Shown here: piece by piece, positions 49,017 through 61,114 of the stretch
Position numbering within the stretch: position 1 is the stretch's first letter
Layout: each line of letters starts with the position of its first letter
Origin: Selaginella moellendorffii
Lineage: Eukaryota; Plantae; Lycopodiophyta
Direction: 5' to 3'
DNA: 64,000 nt
NCBI RefSeq assembly: GCF_000143415.4
Contig: NW_003314273.1
Coordinates: forward strand, 2,112,597-2,176,596
Translations under genes and position numbers: made by a program
The notes under the pieces: generated by a model
The model's database searches: none
What the model saw: only the letters and a program-made list of their open reading frames with translations
What the model was told of the DNA's origin: nothing

Positions 49017-51051
49017 ATGGCGTCTGAGAAGCGGCAACTGCAGGAGAATTCGGTGATACAAGTGTTTGGATTTGGGCGCTCCTGGACATTTGTGAATGGC
49101 GCGACTGCGGGAGAAGCCACCGACTTCGTGGCCCGTAGGCACAACAGAGCAGTGGAGGACGTAGCGATGGAGGACATTTCCTCGTCATCAGGAGGAGTGA
49201 TACTAGTCCGTGGGACGCAGCTAGTTGCAGGGCGCAGGTACGTTTTCATCCCCGTCGTCAAGCCCGTCACTGCTCCTAAACGAACGTTCGCAGTCGGGGG
49301 TATTGCTGATCCTGAGAAGCACTACTATTTGGCTCCAGACGTGGCCCTGCTGGTTTCCAAGCTCAAAGGTGGCAGATACTGCGTTCTCACAGGTGCTCGT
49401 CAAACTGGGAAGAGCACAATGGCGATGGCTTGCAAGGCGCAGCTGTCAATGGAACCAGGCTTCTGTGTTGTCTACTTGGACAAGGTGAATGCAGATGGAA
49501 TGACGAGCAAGAGTATGTTCTGGGGTCTGCTCTGGGATCATCTGCATGGCAAGTGTAGCCTGTTGTTTCCGGCCAAGCCTTCGGGAGAGCAGATATTCAC
49601 TGAGTGGAATTTCAAGTCGCTGTTTCTCAAGCAGAATCTGCCCCTCAAGGTGATCCTGATTGTGGACGAGGCTGATACGTTGCTGAGCGCTCCGCCTGAC
49701 TTCCTTGGCGATTTATTCAGCACTCTCAAGGGAATGAGAGACGACACAGACTACAACTTTAACGGTATCTTACTCGTTGGAGTTGAGACGGTCAAGGACT
49801 TCCTGGCACAGCAGCGTCATCATCGACGGAATACTGCTGCTGAACAGAACATCGTCTATACAGAGAGTCCTTCCCCCAGCAGGTACTCACCATTTTCACA
49901 TAGTTTCCTCGCGCAGCCAGGGAGGTTTGGAGTGGAACATGTGGAAGATCTGCTTCGGCAAGCAGAATCTGAGCGACCAGGAGTAAAAATCGCAGTGGAA
50001 AGGATTGCTACCTCTGTTATAGAGTTGACGGGTGGTCACAAAGGCATAGTTGGTTCGTGCTTGGACTACTTAGTGAATAATGAGCTGTGGAATAGCAGGC
50101 AGTGGATCGAGGAAGCAGAATCTGGCCAGCTTGTGAACTATGTCTTTGGGCAGCAAACTTTTGGTCGGATTCTCAAGTCTTTCAGAAGCCATGCAGCTGG
50201 CAAGCACTTCGACCTGCTTAAAACGTTCCTTGCTGCGAAAAGTCGTCACTGTGACGAAGAAATGGTGGTGCAACTGCGAAACCTCATTGCCGAAGGTGTA
50301 TTACAGTCACAGCCAGCAGCGGGCGGTGGCTATGATGTGCAAATTTCTTCACCGCTACTACGAGATGTTATATTTCGACGATGCGTCGTTACAAGCGACA
50401 GCGTCAACCCGCCACCAGATCCTTATGGGCTTGACCACTTATGGGTGATTATGGAGGCACTTAGGAGCTTCGATGGGGAATCAATGTGCAGGCCAGACTG
50501 CTTAAAGGCGACCGGAGAGATTTCCGAGTACTCGTTCCAGTTTGTGTTGTTTACCAGGCTCAAAGCCATTTTCAGGCAAGCGTACCCGTTCATGGACATT
50601 AAGGTCTTACCTGAATCCAAGCAAGCCGTCGAGTATTTGGAGAAGCGAGACACTCAGGTAGAGCGTTTCCAGTTTCTGTTTCATTCAGGTTGTGTGACTT
50701 ATTCTCCGTTTCCAGGAACGGGTTGACATATTAGTGCGAAACAACAACAATTTCACAAAATTCGCGTTTGAGCGAGTTGTCAATGATGATGTGGAAGGCC
50801 ACATGTTGAAGGCTGTGCGCTATGCTTCACAACACAGTGCGCTAGTGTTCGTTATCAATTTCACTATGGAAGATACACCTGAAATTCAAATTCCAGAGCA
50901 TGCCTCAGTAGTCTTCGTCTCGGTGCAGTTAAATCCAAATGGGAACCAAACATCAGCTAAAGTGACAATCGTAGACATCGATGGACCTCAACCGGTGATG
51001 GATTTAGAATTGACTAAGTGGGATGGTAAGATGTTGTTTGATCACATATAA
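49017..51051 (+). CDS. Crinkler/RHS (CR)-like protein: small N-terminal header, P-loop NTPase and C-terminal PD-(D/E)XK-like domain (~658 aa, 2 exons)
   Basis: Walker A GARQTGKS, Walker B VILIVDEAD, and TGGH (STAND GxP-like). The GT-AG intron at 50658-50715 joins the two track ORFs in frame to give EYSFQ...PE...ERVDILV...FAFERV...H...A.RY...VFVINF. Confidence 0.75.
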
Positions 51052-54000
51052 TACGAAGGCATGCTCGCTTCAAACACAAGAGTATTTGAAAGTTTGACAT
51101 TGAGGCAAGCAAACTAGTAGTTCACAAAGAGTTACCTTCATAAAACAATTCTTCTTTCTCCATTGCATCCATGACCATATTTCCTATGTCTGGTGCACCG
51201 TCTTCTAGCCATCGGATTATGCCAGTGACAGTGGCCGAGGATAATCTTGAGATGTCATTTCAATTTTCTGTGCAATTTTCTCCGCAAAATTACCAAAGAA
51301 GAATTCATATTAACCTTAGGATTAGTTAGTAATGTTACTGAAATTTTATAATTTTATTAAATTTCATAAATAATAAAATAAACAAGTGACTCATTTGAGA
51401 AGTGAGAAATAATTTAACCATATTTTTAGTTACTTCTAAGGTTATTGATGATTATATATTTTTCATCTCTTTGTATTTACTGAGGAGTATATTAACTATG
51501 ATAGAAATTAAACTTCAAACCTTTGCATTTTAACTTAATACTTATTATACATCATACTTAATCATATTTATAATCTTTCACCAACAGAGTTGGATATATC
51601 AAGGAGAATCTTTCTAAATTTTTATCTAATATTCTTAGTCTATAATTAATATACTTATCTTCTTTATGCCTAGGTCTTTTCATTTAGTAGTTAGCAATTA
51701 CAACCTAAATATATTCACTTCCATAAATCCCTAAAGTGTTAAAATAAATTTTTAAAGCTTATATTTTTAGTGGAAATTAATATTTTATATTCATTATAAC
51801 CACTTAAAATACATAGTGATGTATTTTAGTCTAAGTAACACCTTTGTTTTTCTCCATATGGCAAATAACATTTTTCATAATTTTTTTGATCTCTTCATTA
51901 TTATTTATTTTGATGGTAATCTTATCTTCTGTAAACAACTAAAAAGAACCACTTGAGAGATAATTCATTAAAGTTTAAATATAAAAGGAAATGGCTCATA
52001 AAGAAGCATGCACCCCATTTTTAATCGGTTAAAGGTTTTAAGGAATTTGAGTAATATTGGGTTGAGTGATCTTTTGGGAAGTTCAAATTCAAAAATTTAT
52101 ATATAGTATTATGGGTTTAACTCTGTTAGTTAGTTAAGAAAATTACACCACATGTTAACGTTAACATTTATTGGTTGGTTAGGGAAGTCTAATTACAAAA
52201 ATTTACTCAAATCTAACTCTATTAGTTGGTTAGGAAATTACATAATATATTGAGGTTGACATTTGGTAGTCTAGTATGCTCCATCAAGGTGAGTGTCAAA
52301 AGAGTGGGACTCTTAGAAGAGCTGTAATTTTTAACTTCTCAAAATGTTTTTCTAATCAAAATTTGATAGAGTTTTTGTGTTATATATTATTTCCTATATA
52401 ATATCATCATAAATTTTATCAAGTTTTTCACCATTTTTAAGTGGCAACACCTAACTTCTGTTTGTGATGTTCTTATTTTGTAAATTTTTATTAATGTTTC
52501 ATTTGAGACTTCTCTAAAATTACTTTTGCTTTGATATGACTCATTATAAAGAAAGCCCTTTTATGTGGTCTTCTACTGTTTAGACTTCTTTTGATCTATT
52601 AAAATTTACATTTACTTCTACTCCAATTCTCATATATTCAAATAATATAAAAATTTATTTTATTGAGGCAAATGCTTCACTCAATTATTTTCCAATCTCA
52701 TAAGTATATAACTATAAAAATCAATTATAATATTTTCAATAAAGAGTTACTTGTAATTATAAATCCTTTAAAACTTAGCATTATTTCCTTGAAGGTTATC
52801 CTCATATGACCACTATCTATAGTAATTACAAAAACTTCCAATACTAATCTTTAGTATACATCCTTAATTAACATCAAACTCAATAGTCCCAATCACCATT
52901 TTGTTTCTAGTTTATAATTATATATTGCATAGAGAATGTGAAAGTTAATACTCTTACTCAATATAATACTCTTGCATCCTCATATGGAAAACTCTATATT
53001 TGACCTTCAACATCAAACTCTCCATATTCCTCTCATTTTTAAATCAATTTCTTTCACAATTATTTACTCCTTTTAATTAATCTTTCAAGACACAAACTGA
53101 AGCAACTCATACAACTAATCTATTTATTCAAAAATCTTGGTAATCAAATTTTTTTAGTACATCTTTAATCCAATATAGTGATTATTGATTTCTACAATTT
53201 TTGGGATAGACTTTTTTATTAATATGCTCAATTATATATACTTGATGGCAAAATGTGATCATATGCTATCCAAAAATTCTAGCAGTAGGGCACTTTAGTG
53301 TTTGCAAAACATTAAAATAATCTAAAAATAGTTTCAGTGGCCCTATATGCATCATGTCGAAATACAATTGATAGTGAGCAACTGATTGAATTTATTTACA
53401 AGAAGAGTTTTCATCTTCATGTATTGCTAGATAATATTATTAGTAATTAGGGCTTCAATTTATTTCCATCTTTTGACATTAGTTTCTTTCCTTCTTTTGA
53501 GTTAAAAGAAAATTATCAAATTCTCATTATCCTTAAACTGATGGGTAATTAAAGTGTCTTGACTAGTATCTTTGATACTTTATTTCCTATTAATAAAATA
53601 ATTTTATTAACCTTCTTATTTTTTAATAATTCTTAACACTTTTCAATGCATCACTCTTCAAATCCCCATTAGTCATATTCATTTCTTTTAATAATTAATT
53701 TTACTGCTATTGCCTTGGATTCTCTTTATGAGGAAGTTCATCATTACATTTTTATACTCAATTTATTTATTACTATATTATTAATTATTCTTCTTAACCT
53801 TTTTTTTCTTTAATTGGATCAAAGGTTTGATTTTTTTGTGGTTATTAAAAGACCATATATCCTTACAATAAACTGGATTATCAATATCTGGGTCTTTTCA
53901 CTATGCTTTAAGGTTAATTATCAACTCAATCTTCCTACATCTATGAGTATATATATACTATTCTATATTTTTTTTATTAAAACCTTATTATACACATTTT

Positions 54001-54319
54001 GATCCCACACATTTTGATCCCATTATTATATACTCTTTTTTATCCCACCACCACCACTTCTAGAGGTTATTAGTAGTGCCTAGGGTTTGAGGTTGTTGCC
54101 ATCCTTGATCACAAACTTTATTACCTTAGCTTTCTCTTAGTGATTGTACTTAGAAGCATATTTTTCATTTTGCTCATGCTTTTAAATTTGTTATAATTTT
54201 CAATTAATGATATCCATTTAAACCTTGTACTACACCATTTTCGTTTTTTATATCAAAAGGGGATGGTGTTATATATTTGTCATTTCTCTATATTTATTGA
54301 GGAGTATATAAACTATTAT

Positions 54320-54352
54320 TGACCATGGTGGGAATCGAACCTCAAACTTTTA
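54320..54352 (-). other. tRNA-like B-box fragment (possible SINE remnant)
   Basis: The minus strand reads TTTGAGGTTCGATTCCCACCATGGTCA (GGTTCGAnTCC consensus). No cloverleaf or A-box found. Confidence 0.35.
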
Positions 54353-55079
54353 ATCATAGAATTTGACCTCAAGATCTAGATTTTTAGATTAGTTTAGGGT
54401 TAGACCAAATTGGTTTTCAAAACCTCTATAAAAATGAGGTTTTAAGTATTTTATATTTAGAATGTTCAACATAAATCCATTTTTTGTATAATTTTTTTTT
54501 CTACACCTATAGTAATTTTATCATCTTTCCTTTTCTTTATGACAAACTCTTGACAACTAAATATAAATCTCTTGTGATTTTGTACTACCAAATTTGATAT
54601 TAAGGAGCATCCAATTGGAAGCATTTGACCACAATCAATGAATGTAAATTAAACTTTACTTATTTTAATCTTCATTTTTTTACAAAAATATCCCACCATA
54701 CGTATAGTTATTACATTTTTTTAAAGATATATTCAGAAAAAATAGTAAAATTTTAAAATAACCTCATATAAAATCACAATATAAATATATAGATTTCATC
54801 ATGATAAAAAATTGTTAAAATAAATCAAAGATATCTATATTTTAGAATAAATATTCTAAGTATATATTAATACTTTTAGAATGAAACTGAGAGGAGTACA
54901 AAAGACTCAAGAGTATATAAAGAAGAAGAAAATGATATGAAAAGGGGCCTCCTATTAAAATATTATTTCACCCTTCCTTTATAATGTCTCTCTTTTGTTT
55001 TTTCCGTTAACACACTTCTGCCAACTCTCTATCCTATCCATTACCTCCTACCACCCACCCAGTTGCACCGAACACACGC

Positions 55080-56550
55080 TCTAATTTTTTTTAACATGGC
55101 CAATGCCTCTAACACTTAACTAAATTCATGTCCCTAAATTCTGTGTGCTAAATTTGTTCAAATGGCCTAATGAAATTTATGATGCTTATTAACCAAAAAG
55201 GTTTCATAATTTTTTCATAATCAAGCATAAGGGTAATACATCAATCTCTAGAGGTAAATAATCAAATTAGCTTCAAGATGTAAGAATTCCATGAAAATGA
55301 CTTTTTTTATGTGGATAAATTATATTGGAATTTGTTTATATCAAAGGAAACTAAATCTCTTATTTCTAGATAGTGAGAGGAGAAGAGGTGATGGGGTAGA
55401 TTTTTGGAAATTTTCCAATAAAAGATATTGAAATGACCTTTTTATCATTAATCAGGTATTTTATTTAATAATAAAATTTAATTACTAACTTCTGAACATG
55501 TGTATTAGTGTGAATATTTAAACAATATGCTCATAAATTTTTATCATTCTCACTGAATTTACATTCACGTCAGAACCTAGAAGTAGATCAAGTCAGAATT
55601 TTAATAGGGTTGCTTTTACAATTTTTGGTCAAACAATTTTATAAATGGCTTTATTAGTGTAGATTTATATTATTATAGAGAGCATTGTGATAAGAATGGG
55701 ATTCCTTGTCATTATCAACTTGATCCAACTGAAGGAAAATTATTATTTCCTCAGAAGCTTTCAGTAAATATTCAACAAGGTGATTTATATAAATTAAACA
55801 TCAAATTAGATTTAGAATAAATATATATAGATTGTGGAAAGAAAAAAAATCCTCAAATGAACTTTATTGTTGAAATGACTTTCTAACTATGTAGAATATA
55901 AAAAATTAAAATATGAAGTACCAACTTACAAACTTACAAAGTGTATATATTTGGAAGAACACAAATCCTGAAAAAGTATTTTTCTGTCAAAAAGGTGATA
56001 TAGATAAAAATTCATTTGCTAACTGTCTCTTCCCATTCATTTTGAAAATACTTGATAAAAGCACATTTATTTAGAAATTCCATCCATAAAATATTTGATA
56101 AATTACCTAATCTCAACTTATGGTTTGTTCTTGAATTTTTTCTCATAGCCAAACAATTTGATTGTGGCATTCCATGAGCTATACTCTCGTTGAAAAAACA
56201 TTATGCTCACAATTAAATAATAGATTAAGCACTTCACCAATTTACTGCCAAGGTTCTGATTTATTAGTTATTGAAATCATGAATACTAAAAGTTAATTTA
56301 TAGTGCAATTATTAAAACAAGAAACATTAACAACTCCCATGTAAAATTTGATAAAGATGATACTTACAAATATTAATATACAGCCCTCTTCAAATCCAAC
56401 TATATGTTGTGTGTTATACTTGCAATGCATTCAATTTAATGAAATTTGGCTAAATGTTAAACCAGTCCCCTCATAGAACAAATTTAAAGCAAGTGTTGAC
56501 ATTTTATTTAGAGTTTTAAGATCCACTGGCCATGTTGAAAAAAAATTAAG
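55080..56550. mobile_element. Non-autonomous TIR-type DNA element candidate (AT-rich, non-coding)
   Basis: TAATTTTTTTTAACATGGCCA (~55082) is inverted relative to TGGCCATGTTGAAAAAAAATTA (~56527). A second arm pairs TAAATTTGTTC (~55149) with GAACAAATTTA (~56477). Confidence 0.5.
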
Positions 56551-56807
56551 CATGCAGGCAGGTGAGAGACTGCAGGTTAATGTCAGGGATTAAACGATTA
56601 TCAACTGCAACGCAATAAACGATTGCCAGCTGGAATGCAATAATTAGTTGCTAGTGAAGAATCTTCATTGTTTAAAAGAAACTTATCTTTTTCATAAGAA
56701 AGGGAAAAACAATTAAGGTTTAAAAAGCTTGCCGCTATTCAAACTTCCATAACCTAATTTTGTTCTATCCATGTAAAATAATCTTATGTTGTGGAACAGT
56801 CATTATC

Positions 56808-59285
56808 CTAGTCTCTTCCAGGAGGACTATGAAACGATTTCCTGGACTCCGCCACAAACCATGGCCGATCTTTGACAGGCTTCTTCGACTCCTCCACAAC
56901 GCTGGCAGATTGAGCGCTGCAAATCGATCCCAGCAGTGTCGGGCATGGCCCTTGTTGTTCCGCTCGCATACTAGCATTTGGGGGAGAACCTCCGGCTGGC
57001 CTTCGTAGATTTGGCGACAAGGACGACGAAGGCGAGGAGCCGGGTGATGCAAACGGAGTAGCAAACGGCGTGCTAGTCGACACTCGATTCTGGAACGAGA
57101 TCGTGTGAATCTTCCGAGCTGTTGGTAACGCTGCGTTTGTTTTTGATCCCAGTTGGCTTCCGCTGCTGTCTTGGTTCCTCTTTGTCATGTCCGCTATGTA
57201 CAGCACGTCGTCAATCCGAGAGAGAATGCTGTATGCCAGACTCTCCAAAACTCTCGAGTAGCTCTCGAGAATTGCCTGGCCAACATCCTGTTGCAAACGA
57301 AGTAGGAGTAATTTATACAATCGGCTCCATAAAAGAAAGAACAGACCTTGTTGTACTGGATCTTGTTGACGTCCAACACTGTTTGTGGCAGTCCCGGAAA
57401 TCTCTGCCTCAGGCATAGAAGAAGGCTGTCAGCTCTCTCGATCAACAACTGCCTTTTGTCTCCACACTCGGCCACCAAGTCCCTCACTTTCAACCATGAG
57501 TATCTCGAACTGCCGTTGCTTTTGCTTTTGCCTTCCTTGTGAGAGCCGGACGACTCCTTTTTTCTCCAGATGTGCAAAGCCGACTGGATGCGGTTTGCAA
57601 CCTCCAAAGCACTGTGCTCCGTGGACAAGTCTAGAGACGAGAGGAGTGCGTCTGGAGAAAAGTGTTCTTGCCTCAGACCATAGTATATTGTATCTCCCAG
57701 ATTCGCTCGCGCGCTCTACGACACACATGGAGCAATAAAATCTTTTGCGTCAAGTCGCTAAAGTTGAAAACACCAGGCACCAAACCACCAACTATGATAA
57801 ATGAAAGAAAAGAAAGAAGTTACCTTTGGAAGAGAGTCCCAGTAAACGTCGGGTACTTGCATCTCCGAAAGGACCTGCTCGTTGATCGCCATGGCTGCCT
57901 TGAGGATCTGGTTCGTGCAATCCCGCTGATTCTGTAACGCCTTACGGGACTTCTCCGAGAGACCACCCGTAGGAATCTTCGGGACCGGCAGCCACCACTT
58001 ATCCTCCTCCCTCTTTGTAGCCACGGATTTTTGCTGCTGGTTCTTGGATGAAATATCTACCGACACTCCTTGGTCCACATACCAAAAGTCAGTCTCCTTG
58101 TAGCTGTCGAGTGCCTCCTGTGAGAGACAAAAGAAGTAGCGACCTGAACCATTTTTGTGAAACTCAATGTGACGAACAAACTGGGATCTTGATGAGTATG
58201 GCCGAGGATGACCTTACCAGTAGCATCGCGTCCAGCTTCCGAAGAGCTGGTAGATTGATATGAAGGTCCGAGCGCGGCCTGCTGATCATGACCTTTACGA
58301 AAACAATGAGATAAACAACAATGCGTTAGTTTATATGATCCATCATAATGGCGACAAAAATCTGCACACGCACACTCACCTCTAGACTGGTACCATCTGT
58401 GACGCTGTGAAAAGATGGAACGAACTCCACAATGTGATCGCAGACCGAGAGAATCCAATTCATCTCTCTTTGCCAAAGTAACTTACGTTCATGGGACAAA
58501 GGCTCCAATCTCCAAAGCTCGCCAAACACCGAAGCTATAGAAGAGAGAAGAATTAAAACTTACACAAGGAAAAATAAAAGAAAGAAACGAGGAACACACA
58601 CGTACCAGCGAGATTGGTGAGCGCATTGGAGATTGCCAGAGCCGTGCAAACTCCTTTGCCACTGCCGGACATGTCCTCTCCAAGAAGTAGCTTGGAGAAT
58701 CGTTCTTTCATCATCTCAATCTCTTTGAAAGAAGGAAAAATAGAAGAAAGAACCATCAGAAAAAACGTAGAAGAGATTCTCGGGAGAGAAAGCAACCGAT
58801 CGAGATCACATACCTGGCGTTTTATTCTTCGCCATCGCGGCAGATCTTCCATCGCTCCATCCGACGTTGCTGCTCTCGGCGGATCTCGGCGAGGAGGGCA
58901 TCACGACCGCGGCGGTGCCGAAATATCCGAGCTCCTCGCGAGAATTCGGCACCGGCGAGAGCTTGAGATGGCTGCGCTGGTGGCGGCCGAGCGGCCAGCC
59001 TAGCGGCGAGCGCTCATCGTCGTCGGAGCTGCTGACCTCGTTGCTGAGAATCTGGCGCTCGCAGATCAAATCGATGGGGCTGCCTGCCAGGTCGGCGTCG
59101 TAGCGATCATGCGAGCTCCGGCTCAATCCATCGATGCTGGTCGTGCAGCTCGCCCTGTCGATGCTGTGCTGCTCCTCGTAGCTGAAGATCGCGCTGTCGG
59201 ATCGAATCAAGAGCCCCTTGGCCTTGTCCATGCCTGAAATCTCATCAATCTCATCAAATTCTTCCCTGTTGCTCCTCCAATTCAT
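56808..59285 (-). CDS. Rop guanine nucleotide exchange factor (PRONE domain)
   Basis: [95 protein letters not shown]|[18 protein letters not shown]. Start codon uncertain (59285 or 59231). Confidence 0.95.
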
Positions 59286-59567
59286 CCATGCACCAGCTCC
59301 AATGCCGGCGATTCCACCCCAGCGATTCCAACGAGACGAGGAGAACAGAGCGTTAAGGGAGGAGAAAGAGCGGCCATGGCGGCACCTATCACTGTTTACC
59401 ACGTGGCGGCGCATTCCATTCCGGAAAGAAAGACATCAAGGGGCCTACATCCAACGGCTGGGAGTTCGCAAATCTATGTAGAGTAAATAGCAAAAGTAAG
59501 AAAGTAATAAGTAATTATTCGATGCAAAAGTCTTTGATTTTATTTTAGGGTTCTAAGGAGGAAGGCG

Positions 59568-60979
59568 ATGGCGCCCGTGGCGCCGCCTGCGTTCGAGGAG
59601 GCTGCGCACTGCGCTATCTGTGGCTGCGGCTTTGGCACATTCAAGCGCCGGGTAAGTCTGCTGGATTTCCTTGATTCTCGAGCTAGAAATTCGTAATTGA
59701 TCGCATTTTCGTGCACAGCATCACTGTCGCGCTTGCGGGAGAACTCTGTGCAACGAGCACTCTTCGAATCAGATGGTAAGAGCTCGATCGCCACTTTTCC
59801 TCCATTGTTTGTTCTTTTCTGTGAATGACGATAAAAGTGTAGGCTCTTCCACAATTTGGCTTGCACGGGCCAGTGAGGGTCTGCAAGGATTGCTTCACAG
59901 CAGGCGACACGAGGCAAGCATTTTCTTTTGATTTTCTTCAAGTGTACGTTTGCTTGACGTTTCTCTACTTTTTAATCCAGTGTTCCAGCCTTAGAAGAGG
60001 GTGATGGAGTCGTTACAAGGGAGCCGTCTGAGAATGACTCGTTGGTGCCGGAGTTTTCTAGTCTCAATCTCAACGAGGCCACGGTACCAGCTACAGTTCC
60101 CGCCAATGAGTCGACTTCCACAGTTCCCACGTTTGAATGCAAGTGTGGAATGCCTCTTTGCATCTGCAGCGCTCCAGAACCAGAAGCACCAAAGGTATGT
60201 CTTTTTCCACAATGCTTTTGACGATTGCCTTATCGCGATAAGACCAGGTCTCGCCTCAAGTCTCACAATCAGCCAGTAGTTCCAGAAGCAAGAAAACGGC
60301 CACCACATCTCTTCCAACAAGGCAAGATCAACCTCGACCTTTGCCTGTGAAACAATCTCCAAGGTAACTTGAGGCAAGCTGGAGAAGTGCGACTAACCAA
60401 TACTTATATCACAGCTTATTTTTCACGGGTGGACAAAGCGTCAAGGCCGAGGATCATGCCCCCTGTCGAAGTTACGATATCAGCGGCGAGGTATTTTAAT
60501 AATATTGTACGTACTTTTTCCTTATGAATGTTTTATTCACTCAACTGTGATTGAAAGGGAATACGGGAGGCCATTAAGAACGGGGATGCAGGTGCTGTAC
60601 AGAATCTCCTTTCCAAAGTAAGATGCCATTTCAATCTGATTTCTTGTTTGATAGTTTCAAAACTTGCAAGGGCGTGGATGCCAAATACACGGATAAGCAA
60701 GGCATGTCACTGCTGCACTTGGTAATGCACGTTGTTTTTCTCAATTTTCTTCTTGACTTAACGACTTTTTTTCAGGCAGCCGTGTTTAACTTGACAGAGA
60801 TAGCCTTCATGCTTTTGGACTCTGGAGCAGATGCCTATTCCAGAAACTTGCAGGGTACCAATGTACAATCTTTACTGTTAGCTAGCTGCCTAAAAACCGA
60901 TCGTGCAGGAGAGACACCCTTGGACTGCGCGCAAACGACTTTACAACTAAAGCTCCTGGAAAAGCTCGCAAGAAGTTGA
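59568..60979 (+). CDS. FYVE zinc-finger protein with C-terminal ankyrin repeats
   Basis: CAICGCGFGTFKRR|HHCRACGRTLC...VRVCKDC (FYVE) and GIREAIKNGD...DKQGMSLLHL|AAVFN...|GETPLDCA (ANK). Confidence 0.9.
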
Positions 60980-61114
60980 AAGGCATTTGATTTAAAAGAG
61001 AACAATCGTACGCCAGAGAAATAATAAGGTAGCTCTGTTTACCTCATTTCATCTTTCAACTTTTATTTGTGAAAAAGCCGGTGTTAGATCTACAAACTTT
61101 GCTTCTTCTACTGC

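Noticed and set aside
49017-50657. Classical NLR (NB-ARC) resistance gene
   Set aside because: No TIR/CC, GLPL/MHD or LRR motifs; Walker B reads DEAD and the C-terminus looks nuclease-like.
54320-54352. Possible tRNA gene
   Set aside because: Only a B-box/T-arm-like piece; no D-arm, anticodon arm or matching acceptor stem.
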